Of a DNA stretch of 64,000 nt, positions 36,459-51,040 are shown one piece after another; the first letter of the stretch is position 1; each line of letters opens with the position of its first letter. The stretch lies in NCBI RefSeq assembly GCF_021869535.1, contig NW_026262734.1, forward strand, positions 19,592,001-19,656,000. Reading direction: 5' to 3'. Both the position numbers and the translations under genes were made by a program. Below the pieces are notes generated by a model. That model worked only from the letters and a program-made list of their open reading frames with translations, had not been told where the DNA came from and made no database searches. The stretch is from Mytilus californianus. Taxonomy: Eukaryota.

Positions 36459-39400
36459 TTAAGTAAATGTATTGATACATTCAATTATAAAGAACTTGGT
36501 GATTATGTCTACCAAATTATTTTCATTTTCTTTTACTAAAAATAGAACAATGTACAAAAACTGATTTATAAGTTACCTTGTTGTAGACGGTTCTTACATT
36601 TTATAGGTCTGATGTATTCGAATAAATGTAGTATGTTAGGCGTGTTTGACTTTTTGTTTTTGTTTAATTTGAAGATACATAACTGATATAGTTTATCGGG
36701 GCCTTTTAAAGCCGACTATACGGTATGGGTTTTTCTCCCTGTTGAAAGCCTTTCGGTTGTCTATAATTGCTTACATCCATTTTGTTAATAAAATGGGAAA
36801 AACCCATAAAACCTAACAAAGTCTAGGGCAGAGAATAATTTCTTTACAACAAAATTTGGGATGATACTTTTTTACCGCAAAAACTATGCCCCCTTTTTTG
36901 TGAAATATTTTTTGCCTTTGCATTTCGTAATGGTTTATCAAGATTTTCATTTTTAAGAGTGAACTCTATGCCTAATATCAAGTTTCTGACACGTTTGATT
37001 TTGACCTCAGTTTAGGGACATATATACCAAGCACATTGAGGTCGTGGAAGTGCTTATTTTAAAGTCATATTTCAGAGGAAAGGCTTTTGATCAATTGAAT
37101 GTTTATATGATATAACTGCATATATTTTCAAAGAAAAAAACATTTAAGACGTATTAAAAATATTGCAGAAATAATAAGATGTTACTAACATCAAGAAAAA
37201 GAAAGCTTCATGATCCCCTACACTCCATAAATGTGTTGACTTCTCCTATTAACTGGCTAACTGATGCCAGAAACTGATGTATTTCTCGTGGAATTAAATA
37301 TTCATAAAGGTTAAGCACTAACTTAAAAGCACTTGGTACCAATCAGTGAAATATCAATATTAAATTGTTCTACATATTAAACAGTAGTGTAACAGTTAGT
37401 TACATTCCATGAAGGTTTAAGAGTTTGTTAACCTGAGTTAAGTTTGTACTGATTGAAATCCAAATAAATAAAACATATTGATATGAGGTAGCACTGACGG
37501 TATGATTGGTTGGCAGTTGTATGAATGAATTATATGCTATTTATATATTTACCAGGTTGCTCGGTCATGGAATCTCTAGTCCAGAGCATAGGAGTGGTAG
37601 GGGTTTTCTTATATTAAAATCTGTGGAAACACCAAATATTGAATTCCCTGTGAAATAAAGAGTTCTTTCGTGAACCCAGAGACAATTCAATCTCTATTAA
37701 CTTATTCCAAAAACTTCCTTCCTGAAAAATATTTGTCTTTTCAGCCTTTTAGATATGGCTGTTGTAAGATGGGATATTCCATAGTGAGATGCAATAATGA
37801 ATAGTTTTCAAACTTCAGCCAAATAATATGGTATCGGTCGTTTTAGTATACTCCCACTCACAGAGTTGTTTACTGCGATGTCACTTTCTCTATTCTTCTG
37901 TCTTTTTGTCTGTCAATAGCTTTTGTAACACAATATCAGTTTCTGTTTTAAGGAATAATTTGATATTTGGTCAATGTGTTCGTCTGTCCACCCAATGACA
38001 TGTTTTTTTTTCTCAGGGACAACAAATCAGAACTTCTTGAAATTTGGTATTTAGCTTTATGTGAGCATGCTACACAGTGGAATGCTTTTGACATTCATCA
38101 CTCGTCAACTCTTTCTGTTTACCAAATACGTCGCTAATCAACTTTCTGTTTACCAAATATTTAAAGCAGGGGTATCATAAGGTTAGCTTTGCTTACAGTT
38201 AGACTTGTTCAGCTTATATGTGAGTAGTTCCTTATGTACTGATGATACATTAATTTTTTTTGTTTATTACACCCACTGAGCATGGAATGTTTATCAATAT
38301 CTAATAACCAGCTAGTATATACTTTGGAGGATACTGACTGAAAATTCTGTCCATTTTTATTTAAGAGAAATAGTGTCCTAAAAAGCTGTATCTTTGACCG
38401 GTTGGTATTACTTATAAATATGATATACTTCAAAACAGACTAAAACTGATTCACAAGGATATAGATATACAAATGTTTACCTGGAGATTTCTCCTGTCTG
38501 GTTAATAAAACTAACGATTAGTTGTCATCCATTTCATAAGCTGGAAGGGATGAAAACGCAACCAGGTCCGGTTGGAGTTGAGCCATTTCATCAGATTCCT
38601 CGTTTAGAGAAAAAAACAACGCTTCCTGAACGTAGAATAACTCTTGTAACAACGTTAACCATTTGAAGTGTCCCTAGGTGCGTAATTGTATGACAAAAAT
38701 GTTATCCTATATATCTCACATACTTCGTTTTGTTCTTGTAATAGGCAATTTCCCATCTTTCGTCCTGGAAAATCCACTTTGCAGAACCTCCCTGTAATGT
38801 ATTAGATATGGTATTTATTTAATATCGTTCTTAATATGCATTATAAAATAGTTGCCACTGGTCGCAGTATACCTCATGTATTTCTGATATATATCGTAAA
38901 GCTATTAACAAACTGACGCATTCGTTTTCCTGGTATAACAAAATTGAACTAAATATAATCCAAAATTCAAAAATAATAGATTTTAGCAAATTTTGAATAC
39001 ATTATCAAAAACATGGATAAGAAGACATTCTTAACAAAAAAAAATGTAAATTTTCAGTTTGTTTAAGATGTCGTTCAAAGCAAATTAGAACAGGAACATG
39101 CGAATTTGAAATATTGTATCAAAATTGTCTTTACCATTAATGTGTATTGATGACTTATATTGTATGGATATATGCATGCAAAATTGTTACAAAATGTTTC
39201 AAGCTACACATTAGGGTTCCTTCCGGTTCTGGTAGATCTGCAACGTTTTGATTTTTCCAATATTTTGACCTTGTGCATTATCGAAAACACATTCATTGTT
39301 GATATTTGGTGCGGTAAAGTTAGTACCGTCAAATATACATGATTAAGACTTGTAGACATTCAAATGTCAGTAGGATTAAATCTGTCAGTGAATTAAAAAA

Positions 39401-39859
39401 AAGGGGGAGATTGCATCACCCTAATTTTGTAGATAATAGAATAACAACCCCCAAAACATCTGCCATGAACATTTCAAATCATTTTTTTAAAAGGTTAAAA
39501 GCTGTTAATTAAGTATAATTGTTTATAAGTTATCTGTACAATATCATGTATCTTTTGTTTATTTCTAATATCCCAATTTCGTTCAATTTTAATGGAAACT
39601 ATTAAAATTCATCGTATCGTTTCAATGTCAAATATAATATCAGCAATGCAATAAATTGATGTATAAATACATCATTTGACGCTAAAGATATCATTTTAAT
39701 TATTTGAAATTAAACTAAAATGTTATAAAATTTAAAGTACCGTGTCATTTGTAGATGCTGTTCAGTATAAATATCTGCAAACCTCGATTGTAAACGAAAA
39801 AGTTCCCAGTTCTGAAATGTTTTCGTTACTATTAATGTTACTTTCTGTTCATCACGTGC

Positions 39860-42800
39860 ATGGCTGGAACATGTGGGAGTCTGGTAAGTAATAAAATTAT
39901 GTCAATATCGCGGATAGTAGAAGGTCAGGGTGTGGGTTTACAGAATAGAGAATAATGAGTAGACAGTACAGAATAAAGGGCAGAAAATAAAAATATACAG
40001 AAAAATAGGCCAAAAAAAAATAAAAAATAGAGAATAATTGGTTGCTAAAATATAAAGAGTAGAGAATAATGGGCAAAATGTATGAAGAATAGAGAAAATT
40101 GGCTCAAAAAATTAAATAATACAGAATTTTCTTTGTCGTCTTTAGTATGTATGAAATATTTGCCGCTGGACCTTAAACGAACAAACATTAAATCAATCTT
40201 CTGTTTCCTTGTACCAGTGGGAAATCTAGTGACAAAATATTAACATCCCTGTAAACACTGAAAACTAGATCTTCTCAATGTTTGTCCTATTTTAGCAAGA
40301 ACGCTATAAATTATGGATTCACGGGAAAACGTTCTGGTCAATAGTAAAAATAGAAATAAGCTGAAATAAAAACAAAACTTCCATTTAATGTTAGCATTTC
40401 CCTCCTTAAGTAGCAAACGACGAGTACAGCAGGCTATAGAAGCTTGATGTAAAACTGGTTTAAATGCTATGCGAATAAATTCCTGGATTACCAACTTCAA
40501 TTTATTTTTCTACTGGCTGTATACCTCGCTGGAACACGCTAATTTTCCGTATATATATATACAGCTAGATCAGAGAGAGTCAGGGGGAAAATCCCAAAGG
40601 AATCGATTGATATGCAGCAAAGATTGGCACTTTTGAAATTAAGTTACTAAGCAAATTCAAACGGACCTTATCTCGATGTAAACATTGAATGTGAATAGAT
40701 CGAGAAGACCGCAAATACATGTACAAAAATCTAGACGACATTTTCCTAAAATTATATAAAAAATAGAATAGTTATCTTTAATTTCTTAACCTGCACAGAC
40801 AGACTTTTAAATTTCTATATTCACGAAAAGACAATATTTCTCTAGTGAATGTTCATGTGACAAGAGCAGACCGGGGTGCTCAATAACTTAGGTGTGAAAA
40901 AATAAGTATACTTTGGGAAATTGTAACATGCTAAGGACTTTGTGGAACACTCCGAAAATTGGTGACCCGAAAGATCTTTAGATTTTGTATGTACACGATT
41001 TTTTCCAATTTTTTTTTATCAATATGCAGCAAAGACTGGCAGTTTTTAAATTTCAGTTTCACAAGCTTCTAATACAATTATCTCGATAAATAATGAACAT
41101 AAAACATCGTGTATTTGCATGTATATTTCTAATACATTGTAACACAGTTTAACAAATAATTTCTTTAAAATGTACAATTATTATTTAGAAATAACTTTTG
41201 ATAAGTATGGTCACCAGCATTGTTTTGTTATTGACTTTCTCGACTCTATCATAAGAAGAGTGAATGTTCTTTTGTTTTCGATTACTAGATTTCCTACTGT
41301 TACATTTTAAAACTACTGTTGGAATGCAGAAAAAAGTATTTACAACTTTATTGTATACTTATAATTCCAATACTGTGCGTTTTGTTTCATTGTGTTAGTT
41401 GTTGTGATCATGGTCATGGCAACCACAATGCTTTTACAGGTATAAACCTATTTCATGACGTCACGAATACGAATTCTTACAAAGGCGAAAAAGTCCTATA
41501 AAAAGTAGATGTTCTTTTTGATTTGGACACAATGGCGGTGCATTTTCATGGAATTATAAGTATTACCGGTTATATTGATGTGTTAACTCGGGCTTCCACT
41601 CACAAACTTAGCATAAAGTATTTCGAACTTTAAATATTTTGTGGAATGAGTCGGTCGAGGAAACACAACAGTAAACTACTTAAAAAAAGCTGTATTAATT
41701 ACGTCTATATAAGTTTAAATCAGTTGCAATATGATACATTGTAGATTGGACGACGGTCTTTGTTGCTTGTTCTGGTAACGGACAATCAGTATGGGACGCT
41801 TGGAAAGATAATGCTGGAGTGACGTGTGAAGCATCTAGTGTTGTTGAGGATGCTGACACGTGTAAACAATCGCACCAATCAGATCCTATTCTCAATGAAT
41901 GGCGGTCAAGTCGTATAGAACAGGTAAATTTGTTAAAATATTCTGCTATTATTTTTTTTTCGAGACATGCATCTTTTTTTTATATTATACTCGACTAATG
42001 ATATCAAATTCTGGGAATGATATTCTATGATAATAGTGTATCTGTCGTTGGAAGAAACATGCGGTCAAAATATCAAATGTCTTCGATGAAAAAGCAACGT
42101 GATGAAATTATATGCATAGTGATTAAAATATTTCTATTTTGGCGCTGATCATCTGTTTTCAAAGTTTGAGTCATGCAAGTACAGAATGGAAAATCACTAC
42201 AATTTTTATAAATAGATGACCATTGACCAAAATGTATTGCGGTCGATAAACTAGAGTTGTCTTACTTTTTATGACTTCTTTATCTTAGGTACGACTGAGG
42301 CTATGGAAGGATGGTGAAATTGTTGTTGAAATGAAATTTAATGGAACCGACACTAACAAATTCAATTGGTTTGCACAGAGCAAGTTGTTGTCAAGTTCAT
42401 ATTCGGACATCGGAGAACTGGACGCACATTTTACCTTTTTCAGTTCGTACGGGTAAGGTCATTTCGTTACAATAGTATCCCATTGAAAATATCTGTTATG
42501 GATTGTTAGTTCATGCAGTAAAATTGGTACCGTAATTTTTGTTATTGCTGCAGTCACATGTATTTCTATTTACACCAAATTACAAGTACCGTTCTTTCTT
42601 ATGTTGTCTACATTTTTCGTTTGGGTCGATGTCTACATTTCTCGTTTTGGTCGATATCTGAAACTTCATTGACATTAATATGAATACAACTATAAAAAGC
42701 AGAGATAGAATATGACAAATTATTCAAAACTGCTGTTAAATATGTATGACTCTAAAGTGCGATGGTACTCTAAAGCGATGGTTGCTTGTTTTTTTTTTTT

Positions 42801-45800
42801 TAAGTGCGATCAGATACCACGCTAAAGTGCGATGGTATGACACGCTAAAGTCCGATGGTGTAACGGGAATGTGGTTCAGGCAATGGTTTTCGTTTGTTGC
42901 TGAGTTCCTATTACATTTCGTTTATTGTTTTATTTATATATCAAGCCGTAGTCTTTCTCTTTTGAATTGTTTTACACTGGTCATTGTATAAAGATATAAG
43001 AAGACGTGGTATGAGTGCCAATGAGACAACTCTCCATCCAAGTCAAAATTTATAAAAGTAAACCATTAAAGGTCAAAGTACGGTCTTTAACACGGAGCCT
43101 TGGCTCACACCGAACAGCAAGCTATAAAGGGCCCCAAAAATTACTAGTGTAAAACCATTCAACCCTATATAGCTTGTTATGCGGCATGAGCCAAGGCTTT
43201 ACGTTGAAGGCCGTATGATTATAAGTTGCATGCATGAACGCATTTGGGGCTGGATGGATAGTTCAAACTACATCTTCATATTTTTAATTAAAGTACGATA
43301 ATTGTCCAAAATGTGTAATGGTTACATTGCAATAGTTAGTTTATCCGGAATTTAGTGGTAGTCGTTTGTTGGTATATTTCATATTTGCTGTTCGTTTTTT
43401 GTTTTGTATTTAAATCACGTTGATATTTTTCTCGTTTGAATTGTTTTACATTGTTTGTTTAGAGGTCCTTTGGTCTTAATAGAATACTATGCTGTGTAAG
43501 CCAAATTAAATGTTCCGCGTTAAAGGTCATACTATAACCTAAATCTGCATACATTAATGACATTAGGTCTTGGAAAGAGAGTTGTCTTATTGGCAATCAT
43601 ATGATGATATTACAAACCTGTCCGTTAGGTTGCTGTCTAGTTGACGTATATTCATTTTTTAACAGAAATAACAAAGCATGTTGTAATTTTTTTTTATAGA
43701 ATTATTCTATTAGAAAGTAAAAAAGAAGACTTTTTTTGGCACCCCAGCTGTTTGATTAAATTTCTTTTTACAATTTTACAAATTAAGTTAACCTAGGCCA
43801 CTTCCAGCAACGACAAAAAATGTTCCAGATTGTGATCATTTTTTCTCTCTTCTTTCTTTTCTTGTGTAATAACCGTAACCTGCTTTTAAACCCTTAATCT
43901 GGACAATTATTCTCCTCATAATGCTGTTACGTTGCTAACGTTGATACTTTTGCGGAAAAACGCACTTTAGCGTGTTCAAATGAATAGCTTTAGCGTATCA
44001 AACCATCGCACTTTAGTGTGGGCCATCGCACTTTAGCGTGACCATCGCGTTTTAGCGTCCCCATCGCACTTTAGAGTCCTACAAATATAACAGATAGTAA
44101 AGATAATTTTAAGCGGTGGTAGTTCTGCCGAAAGCTTAAAAATGTTATTTCGCATCTAGCGTTTTAGAATAAAATCCTTTGACGCTTGTATCTGACTTCA
44201 CACAATGATTGATTGATTGTTGGTGTTTTAACGCCACTTTTAAGCGCCACTTTTGGGCTATTTCGTGTCGGCCAGTTTTTATTGGTGGAGGAAGCCGGAG
44301 TGCCCGGAGAAAACCACCGACCTTCGATAGGAAAACTGACAATCCTAGTCAATTAAGATTGGAGTCGAGTGCACCCGCACGAGCGGGGTTCGAACTCACA
44401 ATCTCAGTGTTGACTGGCTGGTGATTACAGTAGTAGAACTACTTAGACCACTTGGCCACCGATGACCCTGACTTAGTCATACATTGTATAGAGCAGTAAG
44501 TGTTTAATACAATAGGTATATATGTCGGGTTACACACATTGTTGGTCGTATGTGTTTTACAAAGTTCATAGTCAGCGGACGACTTGCTTACTTAAAGATT
44601 GAAAGACAAATGGAACATTTTACATGAATACTATAAAAAAAAAAAATATTATAGAACTTCATAGAATTAAACATGTGTATGAAAATCGAATAGTTTCTTT
44701 GTTTGGCCTTTCTGTTTATCCTTTTTTCATCTACAATCTAACAAACGGGAAAAAATCGGTGAATTTTTATTGAGATTAATTTAGACGTAAAATGTTTCAA
44801 TCGATCGTCTGCAAATTCGTTATGAAACTGTACGCTTCTTAAAATTACTTTATTCAAACTTGGGTGTATTTAAAATTTTGCGTTCGAGGTAACAAGAAAG
44901 TAATACACCAGAAATAATATTTTTCGAAAGCACAACAGGCTCAACGATTTTTTTTCTCTGTATGTTGTAGCTATGGTTACGGTGTCAATAGACGGTTTTA
45001 CATTAACAAGAGTAACTATTTAGGCTGTGCCGTTGATGCTGGATGGATGTTTGTCAAGGATGTTGGCTATGGAGTGGATTGCTTATTTGATAGCTATAAG
45101 AAGTATCCTTACTTTTTATATGCAACCAATTACCACAGTGGTGTTTGGCAAACAGAGGGTGAGTATAGCTATCAAGGTACCAACAGTTTATCACATAAGT
45201 AAATGTACATGCATCAAGTATGTATTTTAAAGACTTTTCTGGTATATGTATGTTCTACTTAAGACCGTCCGAAACACATCATTACTCATAGACTGTTTGA
45301 CATAAAGCTCTCATGCTAGGTTGGATTGTATCGTCAGTTTAATTTGACAATGTGTACGAGAGTAATGGGAATTTAACCATTATATTTTGGTATTATAACA
45401 ATGATAATGTTTGAATGCATGTCCAATGGTTCTATTTTACAGAAGTTGGTCATATCATACAGTATTTTTGATACAACCATATTATCCGGGAATTATCGGA
45501 CTGTATTTTGGAGTTCTAGTATTGTAATAGTGTCATCTTAGGAACCGAACTTCTCGGAGACCTTTTTAAAGAAAGCTCTCATATTTGGTATGGTTGTTTG
45601 TCATCATGTATTGTATTGCCATTTTGATTTAACCAATTGTATAGGAGAAATGGGACGTTTACCATATTTTTGTATATAAGTCAGACCGTTATATATCTCG
45701 TTTGAATAGTTTTATATTTTTCATGTCGGGGCCCTTTATAGCCAACTATACGGTATGGATTTTGTTCATTGTTGAAAGCTGTATCGTGACCTATAGTTTC

Positions 45801-46157
45801 TAACTTCTGCGTCATTTATTTTAAGGTGTAAAGTTATGTCATTGGCAATCATACCAAATTTTAAATTTTTTATTAGTTTTTACTTATACAATAATTGCTA
45901 CGCTACTCTTCAGTTTTCAAGCTGTGATTCTGTATTGAAAATGAAAATGATTGAGTTTAATTACTAATTTAGTTGTTGATTATTACTATTCTATAGAATT
46001 GGCAATGGTAGTTCCCTTTAATGATAATATTTGATTTATAAACTACATTTTTTCTGTAGGCGACTATGATTTTGCTGACATGATGTCAATTCAAGTACAC
46101 CAAGGAGAGGAAGAACAGAAAGGGACCACAACAACTGAAGAACCAGAGGAAATGTAG
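39860..46157 (+). CDS. Host multi-exon gene for an uncharacterised secreted or membrane-anchored protein (exons 39860-39883?, 41289?-41440, 41745-41923, 42289-42452, 44971-45158, 46060-46157)
   Basis: The last four exons join in frame with canonical GT-AG and phases 1,0,2,1: DWTTVFVACSGNGQSVWDAW...EQ|VRLRLWKDG...WF...SSYG|YGYGVNRRFYIN...GCAVDAGW...YPYFLY...W|GDYDFADMMSIQV. The hydrophobic exon near 41320-41440 has a phase-1 donor; the first exon is tentative (TATAAA at ~39765). Confidence 0.78.
42745..44080. mobile_element. Foldback-like insertion with inverted terminal mini-arrays, inside an intron of the host gene
   Basis: CGCTAAAGTGCGATGG repeats at 42749-42860 and their reverse complement CCATCGCACTTTAGCG repeats at 43960-44078. 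Confidence 0.55.
44206..44468 (-). mobile_element. tRNA-derived SINE with (AATC)n tail
   Basis: Minus-strand A box TGGCCAAGTGG and B box GAGTTCGAACCC; (TGAT)n tail at 44206. Confidence 0.8.
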
Positions 46158-47984
46158 AAAAAAATTAAAAGGATAACACCGCAGGGCAACACAATTCCAA
46201 TTGACATTCGAATATTCTTTATTGTATACATGTAGATTGATGCAATATATTTAACAAACGACTGTGTGTGTTTAATGTTTGTATGAGTTATAATTGCAGC
46301 ATGAGTCAGTGGTAGTAGCCTTCATATAGTTGTATCCGTTATTTTAGTCTGAGTGGCGTTATGTTCATATGATACTGTCCGTAACTATGCCATGTTATAT
46401 ATTTATGTTCCTAAATGGTAACACACTATTGTATTGTTGTAAGTTTGAAACATAGACAAAGCGATAATCATAAGTCATTATACATACGTATAAATCACAA
46501 AGAAAAAGGTTATGCTATTAGTTCTTTTTGTAAACACAACAAAGCAAATGCGTGCATGTCCATGTACTAGATGTTATACTTAGAAGGTATGCAAACTGTT
46601 TGCATTCACAAATATACAATCGCTTTTCTTTTCATTTACTCCTTGTTCTAAGCAAATTACAAACTGTCGTTATCGTAATGATGATAAATATGATCCTGTT
46701 TTTGTTTTGCATTGTTCAAGATCAAAAGAGAAGTTTTAATGAAAGCTGAACTTATGTACAGAGGAAATATGTTTTTAACATTTAGGAACATAGCAATATT
46801 CCCGTCTTACAGATAGCAGTGGTATAACACCAGGGTATTACACCATCTTGAATCGCTCGGCAATAATTATGATTAACAATTAAATATGAGCAACACATTC
46901 CTACCCCAAGATGTTTAAACAGATATGTTTATCCGAATTCATTTTGGTTAAGAATTTGTCCCTTTTTGATTATATTAATAAAACGCTTAGCAAAATAAGT
47001 CAAACAGCCACTCTCCAGCACTACTGAACCCTTTTTATATCCACCAGTTCAAAGGCTAATAGTTGCAGCTTATAAGATCAATCCCGGTTTTTGGTGGGGT
47101 TCGTGTTGCTCAGTATATGTAATCTTATATATATTGTTTGAAGGCTGTAGTTGTTTTTTTTCGTCTTTTTTTGTAATGATTTTATAAGTATCTCTTATAC
47201 GTTCATGAGTGTCCTCTTTTTACTAGTCGTGGTAAATATTTTTAAAGTCAATTCGATAATATAATCAAATTGCATAGAATTTTTATTCTTTATTTGAATT
47301 TTTTTCTGAATACGGGTGGTGATCTTTGTTAAAATCAAATATGACTGATATGTTGGAAATATAAAGTCGTTATTAAGTTAACTGTGAAGAGTTTTGTGGA
47401 TTTGTTTGACTTTGATCGGTTTTTATCTTTATTTTTGCCATGCTATTAACTGTGAATCTTCAAATATGATTTTTTGATTGCTTTCTTGGCATTTTCGCTT
47501 CATGTCTACATAATTTATAATCCAAAAGGTGAATTGGTTTCATACAACTAAGTCCTTAACTGATTTGGTCAAACTTCTATAATTTGATGTTTAATTGATA
47601 TCAGCCGTTTATAGATTACGATGCGATATTGGTTTTACTCATCGTTGAAGAGCGTACAGTGACCTATATTCATAACATCTAGGTCATTCGGTCTTTGGTA
47701 GGATGTTGTCTCGTTTGCAATCATACAATTATTTTTTTTTTATTTGTACATGTTGTATATGAACGGCTTGATTTGGAGATATATTTTTCATAACGTCTGT
47801 GTGCGCAATTTACAAATATAAATATCAGAAGATGTGGTACAATTGCCAAAAAGAAACAACTCTCCACCAGAGACCAAATGACATTGAGGCTAATAACTAT
47901 AGGTCATCGTACGGCCTTCAACAATGAGCAAAACCCAAATGTTTATGTTTTATGATGGTTTTATCTCGGTTGGTAAAAAAGTGC

Positions 47985-50900
47985 AGAAATAGTACTATTT
48001 ACTAGTACATTGGATTGACGGATCACTCCATTTAAAGGACTACTTACTAGTACATTCGATTAACGGATAGCTCCATTTATAGTACTACTTACTAGTACAT
48101 TGTATTAACGGATAGCTCCATTTATAGTACTACTTACTAGTACATTGGATTGACAGATAGCTCCATTTATAGTACTACTTACTAGTACATTGGATTGACG
48201 GATCGCTCCATTTATAGGACTACTTACTAGTACATTCGATTGACGGATAGCTCCATTTATAGTACTACTTACTAGTACATTGTATTGACGGATCGCTCCA
48301 TTTATAGTTCTACTTACTAGTACATTGTATTGACGGATAGCTCCATTTATAGTACTACTTACTAGTACATTGTATTGAAGGATAGCTCCATTTATAGTCC
48401 TACTTGCTAGTACATTGTATTGACGGATAGCTCAATTTATAGTACTACTTACTAGTACATTGTATTGACGGATGCTCCATTTATAGTACTACTTACTAGT
48501 ACATTGTATTGACGGATAGCTCCATTTATAGTACTACTTACTAGTACATTGTATTGACGGATCACTCCATTTATAGTACTACTTACTAGTACATTGTATT
48601 GACGGATAGCTCCATTTATAGTTCTACTTACTAGTACATTGTATTGACGGATAGCTCCATTTATAGTACTACTTACTAGTACATTGTATTGACGGATCAC
48701 TCCATTTATAGTACTACTTACTAGTACATTGTATTGACGGATAGCTCCATTTATAGTTCTACTTACTAGTACATTGTATTGACGGATCACTCCATTTATA
48801 GTACTACTTACTAGTACATTGTATTGACGGATAGCTCCATTTATAGTACTACTTACTAGTACATTGTATTGACGGATAGCTCCATTTATAGTACTACTTA
48901 CTAGTACATTGTATTGAAGGATAGCTCCATTTATAGTCCTACTTGCTAGTACATTGTATTGACGGATAGCTCCATTTATAGAACTACTTACTAGTACATT
49001 GTATTGACGGATAACTCCATTTATAGTACTACTTACTAGTACATTGGGTTGACGAATCACTCCATTTATAGTACTACTTACTAGTACATTGTATTGACGG
49101 ATCACTCCATTTATAGTACTACTTACTAGTACATTGGGTTGACGAATCACTCCATTTATAGTACTACTTACTAGTACATTGTATTGACGGATCACTCCAT
49201 TTATAGTACTACTTACTAGTACATTGTATTGACGGATAGCTCCATTTATATTACTACTTACTAGTACATTCGATTGACGGATCACTCCATTTATATTACT
49301 ACTTACTAGTACATTGTATTGACGGATTGATCCATTTATTGTACTACTTACTAGTACATTCAATTGACGGATAGCACCATTTATAGTACTACTTACTAGT
49401 ACATTGTATTGACGGATAGTTCCATTTATAGTACTACTTACTAGTACATTGGATTGACAGATAGCTCCATTTATAGTACTACTTACTAGTACATTGGACT
49501 GACGGATCGCTCCATTTATAGGACTACTTACTAGTACATTCGATTGACTGATAGCTCCATTTATAGTACTACTTACTAGTACATTGTATTGACGGATAGC
49601 TCCATTTATAGTACTACTTACTAGTACATTGTATTGACGCATAGCTCCATTTATAGTACTACTTACTAGTACATTGGATTGACGGATAGCTCCATTTATA
49701 GTACTACTTACTAGTACATTGTATTGACGGATCACTTGATTTATAGTACTACTTACTAGTACATTGTATTGACGGATAACTCCATTTATAGTACTACTTA
49801 TTAGTACATTGAATTGACCAATCACTCCATTTATAGTACTACTTACTAGTACATTGTATTGACGGATCACTCCATTTATAGTACTACTTACTAGTACATT
49901 GTATTGGCGGATAGCTCCATTTATAGTACTACTTACTAGTACATTGGGTTGACGAATCACTACATTTATAGTACTACTTACTAGTACATTGTATTGACGG
50001 ATAACTCCATTTATAGTACTACTTACTAGTACATTGTATTGACGGATAGCTCCATTTATATTACTACTTACTAGTACATTCGATTGACGGATAGCTCCAT
50101 TTATAGTACTACTTACTAGTACATTGGATTGACGTATAGCTCCATTTATAGAACTACTTACTAGTACATTGTGTTGACGCATAGCTCCATTTATAGTACT
50201 ACTTACTAGTACATTGGATTGACGGATAGCTCCATTTATAGTACTACTTACTAGTACATTGTATTGACGGATCACTTGATTTATAGTACTACTTACTAGT
50301 ACATTGTATTGACGGATAACTCCATTTATAGTACTACTTATTAGTACATTGAATTGACCAATCACTCCATTTATAGTACTACTTACTAGTACATTGTATT
50401 GACGGATCACTCCATTTATAGTACTACTTACTAGTACATTGTATTGGCGGATAGCTCCATTTATAGTACTACTTACTAGTACATTGGGTTGACGAATCAC
50501 TACATTTATAGTACTACTTACTAGTACATTGTATTGACGGATAACTCCATTTATAGTACTACTTACTAGTACATTGTATTGACGGATAGCTCCATTTATA
50601 TTACTACTTACTAGTACATTCGATTGACGGATAGCTCCATTTATAGTACTACTTACTAGTACATTGGATTGACGTATAGCTCCATTTATAGTACTACTTA
50701 CTAGTACATTGTATTAACGGATAGCTCCATTTATAGTACTACTTACTAGTACATTGTATTGACGGATCACTTCATTTATAGTACTACTTACTAGTACATT
50801 GGATTGACGGATAGCTCCATTTATAGTACTACTTACTAGTACAGTGTATTGACGGATCACTCCATTTAGGACTACTTACTAGTACATTGTATTGACGGAT

Positions 50901-51040
50901 AGCTCCATTTATAGTACTACTTTCTAGTACATTGTATTGACGGAACACTACATTTATAGTACTACTTATTAGTACATTTTATTGACGGATCACTCTATTT
51001 ATAATAATACTTACTAGTACATTGTTTTGACGAATCACTT
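47985..51040. repeat. Minisatellite, 45-bp unit (TCCATTTATAGTACTACTTACTAGTACATTGTATTGACGGATAGC), roughly 65-68 copies
   Basis: 45-nt periodicity is directly visible; diagnostic variants recur at 540 bp. Confidence 0.97.

Larger units (their letters stand above)
21661..38115 (+). repeat. Old tandem segmental duplication: unit 1 (1925-2544 plus 21661-~28440), unit 2 (~28540-38115)
   Basis: Collinear blocks: 21700-21925~29270-29490, 22920-23100~29486-29700, 23610-24000~29720-30030, 24140-25020~32857-33780, 25720-26200~35620-36700, 27150-28400~36960-38110. Confidence 0.8.

Noticed and set aside
44209-44424. Short ORFs overlapping the SINE
   Set aside because: Chance frames within a tRNA-derived repeat.
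44395-44468. Functional tRNA gene
   Set aside because: A and B boxes are present, but the spacing is extended, there is no clean cloverleaf, and the sequence continues into a SINE body and tail.
48452-50500. 682-aa repetitive ORF as a real protein-coding gene
   Set aside because: It lies entirely within a 45-bp minisatellite, has no ATG start or unique domain, and is bounded by a repeat-variant stop and a 1-bp deletion.
47985-51040. CRISPR array
   Set aside because: The units are contiguous with no unique spacers, there are no cas genes, and the context is eukaryotic.
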